A stretch of 63,900 nucleotides of DNA, counting the filler, from Octopus bimaculoides (taxonomy: Eukaryota): NCBI RefSeq assembly GCF_001194135.2. It is 7 parts of 6 records of this genome, joined end to end, with 100 filler letters (N's around TTAATTAATTAA, not from the genome) between each part and the next. Parts side by side here need not be neighbours in the genome. Positions count along the whole stretch, not along the records: positions 1 to 17,414 come from NC_068981.1; 6 more parts are not named here. The stretch is one strand, 5' to 3'. Below are positions 1-14,730 of this stretch, piece after piece. A program made the translations under genes and the position numbers. Position 1 is the stretch's first letter, and each line of letters begins with the position of its first letter. The notes under the pieces were generated by a model. It ran no database searches and was not told the DNA's origin. It saw nothing but the letters and a program-made list of their open reading frames with translations.

Positions 1-63
<63 letters not shown>

Positions 64-213
64 ATATACATCTATCTAAACAAGAAATAATGCAGTTAAA
101 CTTCGCCCTTCATCTCTCCTGGGTCAATCAAATAAATTTTAGAATTACATAAGTTTCTGGTAGTGAACAGCTGACACCGTAGTACATCTCCAGCATTAGA
201 AGCCGTGAAAAGA

Positions 214-260
<47 letters not shown>

Positions 261-278
261 ATAATAATAATAATAATG

Positions 279-309
<31 letters not shown>

Positions 310-335
310 TAATAATAACAACAATAATAATAATG
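1..335. repeat. (CTA)n and (TAA)n microsatellites
   Basis: Direct reading. Confidence 0.95.
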
Positions 336-3223
336 ATAGGTGAAGCATTTGCAAATACATATTGGTGCATGTATTTTAAAATCCATATATCGTTTTTTTT
401 TTATCAAGTTATGTGACTACGCTCCTGAGAAAACCCACAACGTAAGGGAGCGTTTGACACTTTTGGAGGAAGTGTAGATCCAGAGGAGGCCGTGGGGGAA
501 AAGTTGGTGGAATCACTTATTTACCGGATGAGGGTACAAGATTAATCATAATTCCAACGTTTAGATACCGGGGATGAAGGGTGATTCTCTCGACTATACG
601 AATTTCTTTTAATGATTACCCTTGGGCTTAGTTAAAAGAAATTAACATTAGGAATAAAAAGGAATGACAAATTGGAAGAAACACAAGAGCGCTATGCTAA
701 ATGCTTTGCAATGTTTTATTTTATTGATTTTACATAATTTCGTATCATGATTCCGGTAGGATATGACAAGCAGACATAGACGAGTGCATAATTGGTAATA
801 ATTGATACTTATTTTATCGATTTCGCAACGATAAAAGGCAAAGTCAGTTTCAGTCTCTATCATTACTTCTAATCTAACGCTTCCTTCAATGTTAGATATA
901 CACTAATCAAAACAACTATGAGAGACTTAGGAGAAAAAAATGTGAAATTATGACGCTTGTTAGCTTTCTCAAGTGCATTGTGATTGTGCTCAGTATCCGT
1001 TGAGCAAATGAAGGCATACTGGTTTCAATTCTTTAACTGAAACTAATTCTCTTTATACCGCTCGATTTGGTGGCACAAACACATGTGCATTGCAATTTCT
1101 GGTTTGATCTGTTTATATTCCAGCTTGAAATCACTCACGAGTCTATTAAATAATATGTACCAGGCATATACTAGTGACGATTGAATCAAATACGAATGTC
1201 CTTGGACATAACTTTGTTTTAATATCACATTACCGTGTTTAACCTAGAAATAAAAGGAAACAAAAAAGGGCCTTGCCGTCCACTATCTGGGTTGTAACAG
1301 CTTTATAAAAATATATTTACTCTTGAGTTCACAACAATAATCTAGTTATCTTTTATACAAATATCAAATGAAAGAGCAACGGAAACTAGAAGTGGTACAA
1401 TACCTGACAAATACCTTTGTTACATTCTAAGATCAAATCCCACGAAGGCCAACTTTATTTTTCAGGTTTTCTATAAATATTCATATATTTCGGTATGGTC
1501 ACTTTTTTTTTTGCCAAATAAACACACGCACTATGCTTTCGTTCTTCAGATTTATTATTGTTCTTATTTATTATTGTCGTTTGTCAAGAAATTTTTCGTC
1601 TCGCATCCAGCGACTCTCCATCCCACGTTTTGTTTAAATCCACAAACTCATATTGATAAAAAGAGAAATTAAACATACTCACACGCTCACACACTCACAC
1701 ACGCACAGAAATAGTCAGTACAGGAGGATACACGTGGGATGGAGAGTCACTGAAGCGGTCACAGGATGCGTGACGAGAGATTTCTAGACAGAGGACATAA
1801 AATAACAACAATAATAAATCTGAAATGAAGAACGAATATATAGTGTGTACATTTATTTGGCAAAAAAATGACCATTCTGAAATATAACAATAGCTGTTTC
1901 AGCACACGATTTCACATCAAGAATCTTGCAAAACAAATATATAAACATTTCTATAATTAAATGCGAGTAATTTCTGGTGCTTGGAATTATTTGAGAGTAC
2001 TCCACCATCAACACTTTTGGCAATGTGTCTAAGCTTGAAATCGGTATTTAGTTACAAAGTGATTTCACTACATACCATCATTAGGTTCTGAGTTGAAATC
2101 CTGAGGTCAAATTTGCTTTTCTTTCTTCGGTTTCAATAAAATAAGTACCAGTAAGATAATGAAGTTCGACTCAGTTCACTCCTCGACCCCACCCCTCCAT
2201 ATTTTTCTTGTCCAGTGACAATGTTAGAAATCAATTTGCTATCACGTATTCTACTTATTTAGCATTTGCTAAGAGACGTTTGAAATGTGAGTGAACCGCA
2301 AACTTATATTGCAAATGAACTTTATGGTTTCATAGCAACTAAAACTATTTGAATAACGCTTTATAAATATATTTCAAGTATTACTGACTATCTGTGTGCG
2401 TGTATGAGTGTGTACAAGTGGTAGTGAGTATGTTCAATTTCTCTCCTTATCAATATGAGTGTGTGGGTTTAAACAAAAACAGATACAGATAAATATATTA
2501 AAAATAAGCATGTTCTAATACCCTCGCTCCCGCGCACAGAGTCATACAGTGATATAAAAACAGTCAGGTGCATTGCATACAAAGGCACACTCATATACAT
2601 TCAAACATATAAACATAAACATTACTACTTTTGACGCGCACACATTCACTATATCTGCGCGCGCATGTGTATCTGTGTGTGTATTTATTTCCCTGTGTGT
2701 GTATGTATATATATGTATGTATATATGTGTATGTATGTTGATATTTATGTATTTGTACACGCACTCAAATATACATTCATACCGTAATATTGTTACACAC
2801 ACATATAATACATCTTTATTTTGCATGATTAGATAATATTATGTTATATTGCTTATATGTGTGTATGCATATATGTATGAATCAGTCTATTCCTCTATCT
2901 CTTCATCTCTCTTTCTATCTCTCTATTTATCTATCTATTTTTCTTTCTATCTATCGCGAGTATCATCACCTTTTCAATGGTCATTCCTATGTTGTTGGCT
3001 TTTGGTGAATGAGGAAGCCGTGATATCAGCTCATCTTGGCTATTGAATAGCAGAAAGTCAAGGTGCTTTTGGAAAACATCTGTCCACACTCCATGTAGAT
3101 GTCTCTGGTTTTATGGCAAAATATCAAATAGCTGTGGACCTTTGAACCCCAAGCCATTGCAGTACCTGGTCCTTTCTCTTGACGGGATGGGTTGAAACAT
3201 ATATATGTTCGTTGGACAGTTTT

Positions 3224-5700
3224 GGGATCTGTTCTATCGAAATCACAGATTTTTTAATTATTTTTTTCAAAAACTAAACAGTTTAAAACTTCGATTATTG
3301 GTAGAATTTCTCACGTAGAACCCGGTTTACCCTGAACATTTTTGACAAAATTTCGTATTTTAGAAGTTATTTCGTGTTAAACTTGTCGTGTTTGGGTAAT
3401 TTTAACCAATCAATGACGTGTACTGTTGTTTGCAGAACAGCAACAACTTCCGGCTCATCTCTACTAAATGCATTTAAATATTTTTACTTACTGCCTGTGA
3501 TTATTTTCACCACTTTGTTCTACTTTATTTTTGTTTACTTGCCTGCTTTAATTCCGTGATTTATTTTCACCAACTTTTGCTTACTTGCCTGCGTTAATTT
3601 CGTGATTTATTTTCACAAACTTTTGCTTACTTGCCTGCATTAATTTCGGGATTTATTTTCACCAAATGTTGTGTACTTGTCTGCATTACCTTGTATGTGT
3701 TACACCTGCCTGGGTATTTTTTATATGCACTTCTGCCCGAATTGTGTATGTACTGCCATGATATCTTACAGTGCATTTCAAAGTTGAATATTCCGCATTA
3801 AAATTGATTTAATCTTTATCCGTTTGTATTGTCTTTTCTTTTGTTTATATCGTATACATGCTTCGTTATGAGTTAGGTTAGGGTTAAAGCTATGGTTTAT
3901 AAATAGGGTTAGATAGCATGCTAAAGTGTATATGACCCTATATTGTATGCTAAAGTGGCACTAAAGATTAATTGAAACAGATTACCTATCAGAAATTAAG
4001 TCATGAAAGGGTTAGCAGTGTCAACACACTTCACATTTGGACTGAACCGAGAGAGTATATATATGGTTCGAAGAAGTTTGTGTTATTTCACATTGAAGTT
4101 GGAAAGTGTCAGTTGGTTTGTTCATTTGGAATATTTATTGTTGGTTTGTGAGAGGTTGTTGGATTGTTACGTTTTTATTGCTGCTGCGTTGTTATCTTGT
4201 TATTGTATCCCACTGGTACCGTGTATCGTAGGCCATGATCCCGATAGTGGTGGTACTACTATATTGGATACAAACCACGTTACAGCATCTGGCGACGAGG
4301 GGTTCGAAGCTCACGTAGGTTGTATTTCACCCGCAAACCAAGCCTGTTTTCTTACCAGATTGTCAGCCTTATGAAATTCCTTCTTTGCCCATGTTTTTTC
4401 TTCTGCATTCATCAACATATTATTCAAGGTCAACTGTGTCAATCTTACCAGTCTCGAGTAGTCTGCAAAGCCCATAGGCACAGCTCTTGCCTTTCGTCTC
4501 AGAAGGAATGCAAAAGCCAAGGATATAGCCCCTTCGTCCAGCCACATTGTTCAAATAAAACAGAGAAAAAATTAAAAAAAAAACAGCATCCTCTGCTATT
4601 CCTGTGAATTATTAAGATGTATATTATATCAAACTGAGCCCACATCATCATCTTTAACATGGCTCACAGCTCAAACCTCATACTTAATATTTTATCCAAT
4701 CATTTGTCTCTAGAATGGCAACCTCTACAAGGAAATACTTCTTTTCAGACATTAATTTACAGAAGTTGAAAAAAACATCGTCTACATTCATATTAACAGT
4801 TTGGCAAACCCTGCAGATGTTCTCTGAACACCATTTTCCTCTTGCTCACACTAAATAATAGTACTAATAAGAATTTCTAACAAAGGCACAAAGCAAGAAA
4901 TTTTATATGAAGATACAATTAATCAACTATATTGACCCAGTACCTACTTATCTCGTATTTTATTTTATTGGCCTCAGAAACGTAGAAATGTGAAGTAAAG
5001 TGTACTGACACTCCTAACCCTTTCATGACTTAATTTCTGATAGGCAATCTGTTTCAATTAATCTTTAGTACCACTTTAGCATACAATAAAGGGTCATTTA
5101 CACTTTGGCATGCTAACTAACCCTAATTCTAAACCATAGTTCTAACCCTAACCTAATCCATAGCAAGGCATGTATACGATGTAAACAAAAAGAAAGACAA
5201 TACAAACGGATAAAGATTAAATCAATTTTAATGCGGAATATTAAACTTTGAAATGCACTGTAAGATATCATGGCAGTACATACACAAAATAACCAGGCAG
5301 GTGTAACACATACAAATTAACGCAGACAAGTAAACAAAATTTGGTGAAAATAAATCCCGAAATTAACGCAGGCAAGTAAACAAAATTAAAATAGAGCAGA
5401 GGGGTGAAAACAATCACAGGCAGTAAATAAAAATATCCAAATGCATTTAGTAGAGATGACCCGGAAGTTGTTGCTCTTCCGTAAACAACAGTACATTTCT
5501 TCAGCTAAATGCACGTCATTGGTTAAAATTACCTTAATACAGCAACTTTAACACGAAATGACTTCTAAAATACGAAAGTTTGTCAAAAACGTTCAGAGTA
5601 AACTGTGTCCTATTTGAGAAATTCTACCAGTATTCGAAGTTTCAAACTGTTTTGTTAAAAAGTTAATTAAAAAATTTGTGATTGAGATGGGATAGATCCT
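3224..5700. mobile_element. Long inverted repeat (arms ~3224-4038 and ~4986-5700), foldback/MITE/Helentron-like
   Basis: The arms are reverse-complement homologous end to end, with 46-bp internal tandem repeats and TTAGGG-like motifs. No transposase ORF. Confidence 0.8.
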
Positions 5701-5929
5701 AGTTTTATTTTTATATATATATTTATAACATGCGTATAAGAAAGGATGACCACTAAGTGGACATCCGATATGCTAGAAAAAGAGCACCGACGATCTAACC
5801 ACAAAGAAAAGAATGTTCTCCAGAAAAAAACTCAGAAAAATTGTACTACATGCGTAAATTGATTATCTGAACTAGAATACCCACATTTCGATTAATATCC
5901 CGGAGTGGCTGTGTGGTAGGTAGCTTGCT

Positions 5930-6330
5930 AACTTCGGCGCATGCGTCGTTAGTTGGTTTGTTGCTTCCAGAGAGAGAAGACACGAGCTTTGGCTCCGTGA
6001 ATAGAAAAAAAATAACAAAAAGAAAGCCGTCAAGGTGAGTGTTTTTTTCTCTTTCGAGCTGGGTGGGAATTTATTGTTTTTTTTTTTCAGTAAATTTCTG
6101 CCTAGCTCTGGGGCAATTTCGTATGCTCTCGGCGACTTTAAATTGTTGCTCGCTTTAGCGAGCAAAAGTATTGTGTTCCTCGTTATTGGTTTCGTCGTTA
6201 TTGGTGGGCGTGTTCGAGTTGCCATAATGGCGGACTGAGAATTTTTTGAAAACTTCTTTTGAGTAAAATTCTCTGTGGTGTTTTTTCGCCAAATAACTTG
6301 CACATTCTGGTGGGCGTATTTCGCTAAAAA
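5930..6330. promoter_or_regulatory. CpG-rich putative promoter / first exon
   Basis: NRF1-like GCGCATGCG (5937), donor-like CAAG|GTGAGT (6034/6035), two ATTGG boxes (~6185, ~6200), GGTGGGCGT twice (6203, 6309), YY1-like ATAATGGCGG (6224). CpG-rich relative to flanks. No transcript evidence. Confidence 0.4.
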
Positions 6331-6829
6331 AAAAGTTATACCCTGTGGAGTTTACCTAACTGGAGTACAATCGAGAAGAACTCTGACTATTGGATTTACC
6401 TGGCTGGAGTATTATACAGAGCCATTTGTATCTTCTCCCATTTTTTCTTTCTTTCTAAATTTCGGTTCCTTCTTCTTTTTCTCATTATTTTAATTTCAGT
6501 TTTTGTTTCTCCTGTTTTATTTTGTTTTTCTTCTATTTTTATTCGGTCTTAATTTATTCGGTCTTTATGTATGTATGTATGTATGTATGTATGTATTTGT
6601 ATGTATATACGCACACGCACATAACATTGTACCACTGTATTGCCAGCATTATTGGATGCGCCTCCTTGCATTCTTTTGGTTCTTAAATGATACCGCCTCA
6701 ATAGCTAAGCAGCCAATCCGATATGCACCAAGAACGGGACGCCAGTCTGTCGAAAAGTTACTTATTTACTGTTGAGCGAACTGGATCAACATGAAATGAA
6801 GGGTTTTGTACAACACGCACACACTCACG

Positions 6830-7383
6830 CGTACACCTACGCACGCGCACACACACACACACACATACACATACACATACAAAGATACAGACACACACAA
6901 TCACAACACACACAATCACAACACACACACATACACATGCACACACACACACACACAGACACACACACACACACACACACATACACACAGATGCACAGAC
7001 ACATTCGCATATATGTATATGATATACTCAGATATTCAAATGTATGTATATTCTCTAGAAACAATCTTGATTTATAATGTATTTATCTTAATATGTCTTT
7101 GAACTCTTCTGAATCTACGAGTGGCAGTTTGTTTGTGAATGTAGTTTAAATTCGCTGCTTATCTCATGCAATTCCCAGTTGGCTGTAGTTAGCCTCCTTA
7201 ATATAAGTACGTTGCGTGAAGAAACTAGGCGGCAAGATTTGCAAGTCATTTATGACAAGATGAAAATCTATATCACAAGTGTCCATTCATACACACGAAA
7301 TACGAATTCAATCACCAACGTACTTTTTCCCCACGAGTAAACGTGTGCGTGTGTGTAAGTGCGTGTGTATATTTATGTATATT

Positions 7384-7445
<62 letters not shown>

Positions 7446-7545
7446 TATCTACATGTATACGCATATATACACATATGCATCGTAAAACATATATATATAT
7501 ATATATATATATTCATACACATGATACACATGCATATGTATATGA
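6830..7545. repeat. (CA)n and (TA)n microsatellite field
   Basis: Direct reading. Other long pure tracts: (CA)n 11421-11519, (GA)n 14933-15035, (TA)n 17360-17414, (CA)n 57020-57100. Confidence 0.95.
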
Positions 7546-7899
7546 ATAGCGATATTTTAAAGTAAAGATAATTGGACTTAAACCACTCATGACCTGGCCG
7601 TGATCTTGTCTCCGTGAAACCAGAGACTTTTATCGTTGAAGACTAGTCATTAAATTTTTATGGCTACATTAATGCTTGCACTCCCGTACTGTTAACCTTC
7701 TATATAACACCCAGCCTATAACGCTGTTAATCTTTCATTTAAGTGTTTTCTTTTCGATTTTGTTATCACCACTAAAGCACGGTAACATGACTAACTGTCA
7801 GTTCAGTTTCCCATCACACCTACATCTCACACCGTCACATGTACGCCTCTTTGGCACCGAAATCTCAATTCTAGACAGAAGTCTCCAATTCATTCGACA

Positions 7900-9560
7900 C
7901 ATCTGCACGCTGGGAGAGTTACATTCACGCACCTAGACAAAGCGGTTTCTTCGTTGAACCCCCTTGTGGGCTTTATTGTAACAAGAGGTTTACGGATTCA
8001 AGTGTTGTCAGTCCTCCGTGACGTGATACTTAACTTCAGTCTGTATAACTCCGTGGAATTAATCATATACACATGCCGCTACAATTTGCATTTTTCGATT
8101 TTCACATCGTGAACTTGCCTCACTAATTTTTCTCTTCGACGACTTGTAACGCTCAGCCATACACGTCATCGCTTGTCACCAAATTGGTTAACTCGAGTTG
8201 TTTGGAATGCGTATCTATATAGACTGGAATTGTATCATCAAATTAGCGATCAGTAGTCTTTCAAAATATATGATCTCTTTTTCCTTCCTATTTGGCTTAA
8301 ACCACCAATCTCTTAAACAAAACCTTTGAATTTCTTGCTATTTCCTCAAATTTAGAACCTCAACAAATCATATTCTCTCCAGTTGGAGCTCATCTCAACC
8401 TATGGTCGTTTCTGGTTGTTGATCACCCAACCTGCATCAAGAATACCCGTCATGTTCTCCATACCCCGTTAACTCATTTTTCTTTCTTTCTAGGCCCTCT
8501 AAATGCCTTTTTAACGTGAATGTTAAGTCTACTTACATCATCATCACTCACGACAAACGGCTAATTCGCCGTTAAATGTTTCTTTCACTACTGCACCACA
8601 CTTGGACCAAGTCCTCACTCTACGTAGCTTTTTCATTGAATATTTCTAACAATATGTGAGCAGAGAAGCATCGGGTACCAAAAAGGAAGTAATTATCCCA
8701 AATGTCTTACAGATCACATTCAGGATCATTACTTTATGTCGTTTACTAGATCAATTCCTGAGCTATAACGCCTTTATATAAATGAATATCTCGAAGTCAT
8801 CTTACCCACTCGAAAGTAACTTTCTTCAATCGCGACCCTAATCTGGGATTCACTTCCTCATCTCTTATACTTACACGAACTCCTGTCTCCACCTATAATA
8901 TCCACACACGCTCATATCAGTTTAAACGTCTGTACGTCTTACCTCGACTGTCTATTCTCGTACTCCATACATACTAAATCTGGCATCCTTTTGGCATCAT
9001 TGACATAGTAGTGAAGACCCCAACTTCAATATCAAATCGAAGCGATTAAAAGCACCTTCTTTTTGCGTGGGCACCTTCAACATTTCAAGAACGCTGCCTT
9101 ATACCGACCGAACTTCGACAGCCCTTCTAACGTACACACGCCGAGAACCCGCCCACCTTATGTCATGATCTCTTCTCTTCTTACCTTATATTCTACGATT
9201 CGACTGCTTCATTAAACACTCACGTTGATCTCCGGGTCAAAATGTATGTGACTTACTGCTTTCTCTTGGCACATCAAACATGGACATACGCGTGCTCCTT
9301 TCTGCATTGCTATGCCTGGCTCTTCATCTCCTAAACAACTACCAGTGTTTGTGTATGTTTCTGTACTAACGTATCTGCAAAAGTGTCCGCCAGAGGGTTA
9401 TTTGTATAGGCTTGGCTTTTACTGGTATTTTAGTCATATCATATCACATTTTTGTTTGACCGTCCTAAGTTTATATTGCAAATTCTGTCTTCAACTTTAC
9501 GCTTCCCTCTCTAGGTCCTCTTTCATCTCCACACCGTTTCATCTGTCAAAATTATACTAA
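7900..9560 (-). mobile_element. Possible highly decayed RTE-like LINE
   Basis: Strand-biased composition and weak motifs only (SMYGVRE, FVVSDDD, NSKVL). No continuous frame. Confidence 0.3.
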
Positions 9561-10086
9561 ACAATTTTCCGTTATCCCCGTAACAAATTTTCTAGAAAGA
9601 TTCAAGTTAGCACTCTCTCTAGACATCCTCTTCCGCCATCGCAGTTTTGTTTGGGTATGTTTGTACCACTGTGTTTTTGTTTCCTTGTGAAGGAGTTCAT
9701 CTGTATGTATCATTTACATCATTCAATTTTTGTCCACCTTTTCTATGAATTTTCTCCAGCCGTCAAATTTCTATATATACCTTTGCTTTTTGCTCCCGCA
9801 CATACTTTCACACTTTTTTCTTTTCAATCTCTTCCTTTGATCTCGCGACTAGAAATGTCTTATGTCTGCTGGATTGTCGCTGACTTGGGGCTAACAACCA
9901 ACTATCAGTAAGAAAACTAGTGAGTGGAATATTATTTCTGAATATGTAAACAGAAAACAGAAAACTTTCAAGATCAGAAATTAGCTTATAAAATTTAGAT
10001 ACTGACAACAATCATGACCCTATGTTAGCCGCAGACGAACATTAGTTCAGAGAAGTCATTATGCCAGTGCCCAGTATGTCAGCGTC

Positions 10087-10126
10087 CATATGATAACTAT
10101 GCAAAAATTTGCATAGTTATCATATG
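10087..10126. repeat. Perfect 19-bp hairpin, 2-nt spacer
   Basis: catatgataactatgcaaa-aa-tttgcatagttatcatatg. Confidence 0.9.
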
Positions 10127-11444
10127 TTATAATTGCTAAAATATAAGTAAACAAGAAATATAAGCGATAAAGCATTCTACATGAACATTTTTTAATGAAG
10201 TTAGTTTTATTTAGCTATCATTGACAGAATAAGGTGGCCAGTATTTATGTATTTTCTCTAGTTGAAGTAATTTGCTATCAAATCTGCATTAAACGCTGCC
10301 CTACATCTTGAAAAGGGTTATATGTACATGATAAACTAATAGTGAATACGATAAACCAGAAAACAAACAGGAAGGTCAAAAGATACTTATATCACATACA
10401 CATATTTTTCACATAATAAGGAAAAGCGAACTTATAAGTTTGGTCGACCAGCAGCACATCTGACCAGGGTCTACACCTCAGCTATAACAGTGACTCTCTT
10501 ATAACGAGTGATGACAGTGACTAATAGTTGAAACGTGATATTTTTAGAGGGTTTATGGCGGTTGCTTTCCTAGAAAAAAAAAATCTAACTAATGTTGATA
10601 AGCAGAATCTAATACTGATAAGAAGAAAATTCATGCCTGGTCATGTTATCAGAACCCTTCAGAGTGACTACTTAGCAGTCTATCTTTGACCAATGATTGG
10701 TGAATCCCTTCTCATTGCTTTCAGAGGTATCCCAAAGGGATACAAATGCTTGAGAATAATTTAGTTGTAACAAATAGTGCAGTGGAGGCAATCGGTATAA
10801 AATCGGTGTTCTAATTGATAAAAAAATTTCAGTTATGAATCTAACTACATGTAGCATTGTCCCAAGTGCATATGTGGGTTTTGTTAGCCTTCTCAACCGT
10901 CCGTTGTCACATCTTATATTGCTAGACGTAAGTTTAAAATAATCTAAAATTATTATAATAGTTAACACATCTTTACCAACTTCAACAGACACATTGCAAC
11001 AAATCTTAATATGAATAAGCTCTGAGCATCCTCACACTTGAATCAGAAGAACTCTGAAGATCTGACAGACGAAAGGGGAGATTGTACTCATTTTTCAACT
11101 GCGTAGAGCAACGTGACAAGAAGTGTCTTGCTCACGGACATAACGCGCTGCCCGGTCCAAGAAACAAATTTACGATCGTATGATCGTGAACCTAACACCA
11201 TAAAAACTGATCTATGTATCGTCATCTCTCTCTGTCTCTGCCTCTGTCACTGTCTGTGAGTGTGTGTGTGATTGTGGTTTCGATTCCCAGACCAAGGGTA
11301 TGTTGTTATCTTGAGTAAAACACTTTATTTCATGTTGTTCCTGTCCATCAAGCTGTAATTGGATAAGCTTGCAACAAACTGGCATTCCGTTCAGGGGATT
11401 GTTGGCTTGGCCCCTTAAAAACACACACACACACACACACATAT

Positions 11445-11521
<77 letters not shown>

Positions 11522-11746
11522 TATCTTTGGAATATGGATGTAATAGTAAAAAGATAGGCTGGAATGGAAGTTTTGGGGATAATCATGCAGTTAAGGAACG
11601 TAAAATATTCATGGTGTACTCATTTTCGATTTAATACTTGAGTTTCATGTCGAGCAAGAAGCTACTACGAACAATGCAGAACGTCGAATCCAAAGCAAAG
11701 AAGGGTTCAACTAAAAAGCATTGGAGCAGTTTAGACCATAATTCAG

Positions 11747-11854
11747 GAATACAAAATATCCAATAATGCTGTAGCTGAAACTTCACCGCTTATTCTCAAT
11801 ACTGATGCTTTGGAAACATTTTGGCGCTGTGTTAAACTGAGGGGAAAAAGCGAA
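11747..11854 (+). pseudogene. Best-preserved exon of the class C GPCR-like locus
   Basis: cataattcag| ... GAA|gtatca. 108 bp, phase 0-0, open. Resembles mGluR LFKIPQISYASTAPELSD..YDFFSRVV. Confidence 0.6.
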
Positions 11855-14730
11855 GTATCAAAAGATAAAAATTACTGCCTATGTTCAAGTTGGGAGAAAG
11901 GTATAAAAGAGCAGAAAATACTTATGATAGAAGAGGATGCTTTTAATTAGAAACAGTTTTTATTAGAAACAATATATGGGTTATGATTAAGAAAATATTT
12001 GGCAATGAAATTATATCGTAATTGTTCACTTTGCTTTTTAGTGTGTCGATTTTCTGTGTCTTCCCTCTCTTTAAATGTAAACAGATATACAAACGTATTG
12101 TTTATGTTCGCCTAATAACAATTAGTGTATGTTAAATCACATTAAAAATATAATCAGCTGGTATAATACAACTGAAAATAATTATAAAGCATCACTAGTA
12201 GCTCTTCCAAGAGCATTTTCCTATGAACTCAACTAAATTGCTGAAAACAATGTAGAGTGAACACCACAATTAGACTCGACTTTATTCTTTCTACTATTCT
12301 TGAACATGCATTCGATATATGTACATAAGGGACACAATATCTGTACTTCAAGATTAAAAATATTTCGTAACAAAAACTTAACTGGACCTACTTTGTAGAG
12401 TAGTGTCAAACTAATTCTACATTTGTTGAACCCTTTTTCATAATTTATAAAACAACACTCGATATTTCGGTTTGTAACTTTGTTGCGGATATTGGTAATT
12501 TTATTACTCAGAATGTCACACGAAGGCTATATCCAGGTTCGTTATTTTAGTTCAGTAAAATTTCTATAGCTGATGTTTGATCAATGTAAATTTTTTAATA
12601 AATTTTTGTCAATCACAGTATCAAAGAAACAAACTCATAACGATAACTTTCAGAAGGGATAGGAAGATAAATATTTTGTTAGCAGTTTTAAAGAAATGAG
12701 GGTCAGCATGATATAGCACAGTATTGTAGCACATTCTGAGAAATGGACTGCTGAACGCTATTTTTCAAAACGTCACAAGATTAATAATTTCGAATATCAT
12801 ACCATCTTGCCTCGAGAAATGTTTCACGCAACGCAGTCGAAAATGGATTGGTTGGTGAGCAAAAAATTTAACAAAACTTGTTTTCAAACCAAATGCATCT
12901 GCAGCAATATCTTTTATTATTGCAAATGGACTTACAAAAAACTCTTTAATGCTTTTGATGATGAGAAAACGATGAAAGGCTGCATGGTTGAGGGTAGCAT
13001 ATTTCTATTTGAAAAGGTCACAATTAGAGTAGAAAAATATGTCTTAAAAAATCTACGGAACAAATAAAAGTTGAATAAAAATATGGATTTCATTTAACTT
13101 GTAATTTGATGAGCTAAGTGATATTTTATTGTTGATAGTTCTCACCCGAGTGTTTTTATGCGTAAGATTTCCAAAAGTAAAAAAAAAAAAAACACAAAAG
13201 TTGTATAGAAGTAAAATTTTTAACTCTCAATCCTCAAAAAGGAAAATGGGCGGTGAAAAATATTTAGAATTTTGCTGGCGAAAACGCCCTGCCTATTCAA
13301 AAGTCTCATTTACAATAAGCAGTACTCGAGTAATATATAAATAAATGTTGAAGTTTTCTTCAACTCGTAAGTTACTACAGAATCAGTCATCAATAAATTT
13401 TCTGTTTTCAACTTAGTTGATATAGTTACTTCATAGAGGCCAGTGTTAAAATTATAAACTCAATTCGGTCTTGTTCTTTTCGGCGGAAATTGACAGTCAG
13501 CATGGTGGTTTTATTTTACACACAGGCTTGGTTGAATAATTAAATGTAAGATAATTTGTGAACTTGAAAAGCTGCTTCTCTAGTCACAGATTCTTAAAAC
13601 AGAAACTTGATGAATTTAGTGCAGAATTAAATGATCCAGAGGTGTTAGCCGTCTTATTGTGTTGATCACAATATTCCAATAATGTTAATATTCTTTTTTT
13701 CGATCTCCATGGAGAAATGAAAATTATTTTATTGATGGTCAGATCAATAAATTCTTTTATAATCAATTTTAAGTTCTTGAAATTTCAGATAACAAATATA
13801 AAATTTCAGCATTTTCCAAATGTAGCAACTGCTGCTACATTTAATGTTAATCAGTACAAAGGTAATCTAAAAACATACTGATAACTATCGGAATCGATTT
13901 TCTGAATTTATTGCAGTTCTGAGTTCATTTATATTTATCTCGAGCTCTTTTATTAATCCACATGGGCAAGACAATAAAAATACTTTTCAAATTAGTGGAA
14001 ATTCAGTGAAAAAGGGAAATAATTATTTCGCAATTAATGTTAAGTAGGAATCCCATAAACATAAATATTGCTGATATAGAAAGCTATTGGATTTTGAAAA
14101 AGTAAATAAATAAATAAATAAATATTTATATATTCACACAATCAAGATATGAAAATTTCAAGATCTAAAAGTACATTACGATTCACTGATGGCCGCCATT
14201 GTAACTGCATGGAGATAGCACTTAAAATAGAAATAGGATTGAACTATAAATGTTAATTTTTTTTTTGTTTTCCTTGGGGTTGAAATTCTATTTTATCTAT
14301 GTCTGGATGAAATAACATTGTCAGCTTGGTGTTCAACAAAAATTGTGCAATGCCCCTTTATGACGCAATACATCAATGTGACTTGATTTTTGATAGTTTC
14401 TTTCTCATACCTACGTCGAATACTAATTTCATTTAAAAAGATTTTCTGAGTATATTTATGATATATAAACTGGAAAGATCTATGATAAACATTGTAGTTT
14501 GAACAACTTAAGAATACAATCAGTAGTCAAAAACTTGTAGTAATTAACATGCTTCTTACAAGTTACCTCTGATTTCACTATATGAAAACATAGAGTTTGT
14601 TTTTTATGGTTTAGAAGAAGCTTTATTTTATAAAAAATTATAATTTATTTCAGGTTTGAAAGACTTTGATTAGACAAAATATATGTAAGATGATTTCTTT
14701 ATGCCTTTTATTGTTTTGTTTTCGTGTTAG

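Noticed and set aside
3535-3690. CRISPR-like array
   Set aside because: Head-to-tail 46-bp units without unique spacers, in eukaryotic DNA, with no cas genes.
5872-6303. 143-aa minus-strand ORF
   Set aside because: No recognisable domain; better explained by promoter-like composition and poly-T runs.
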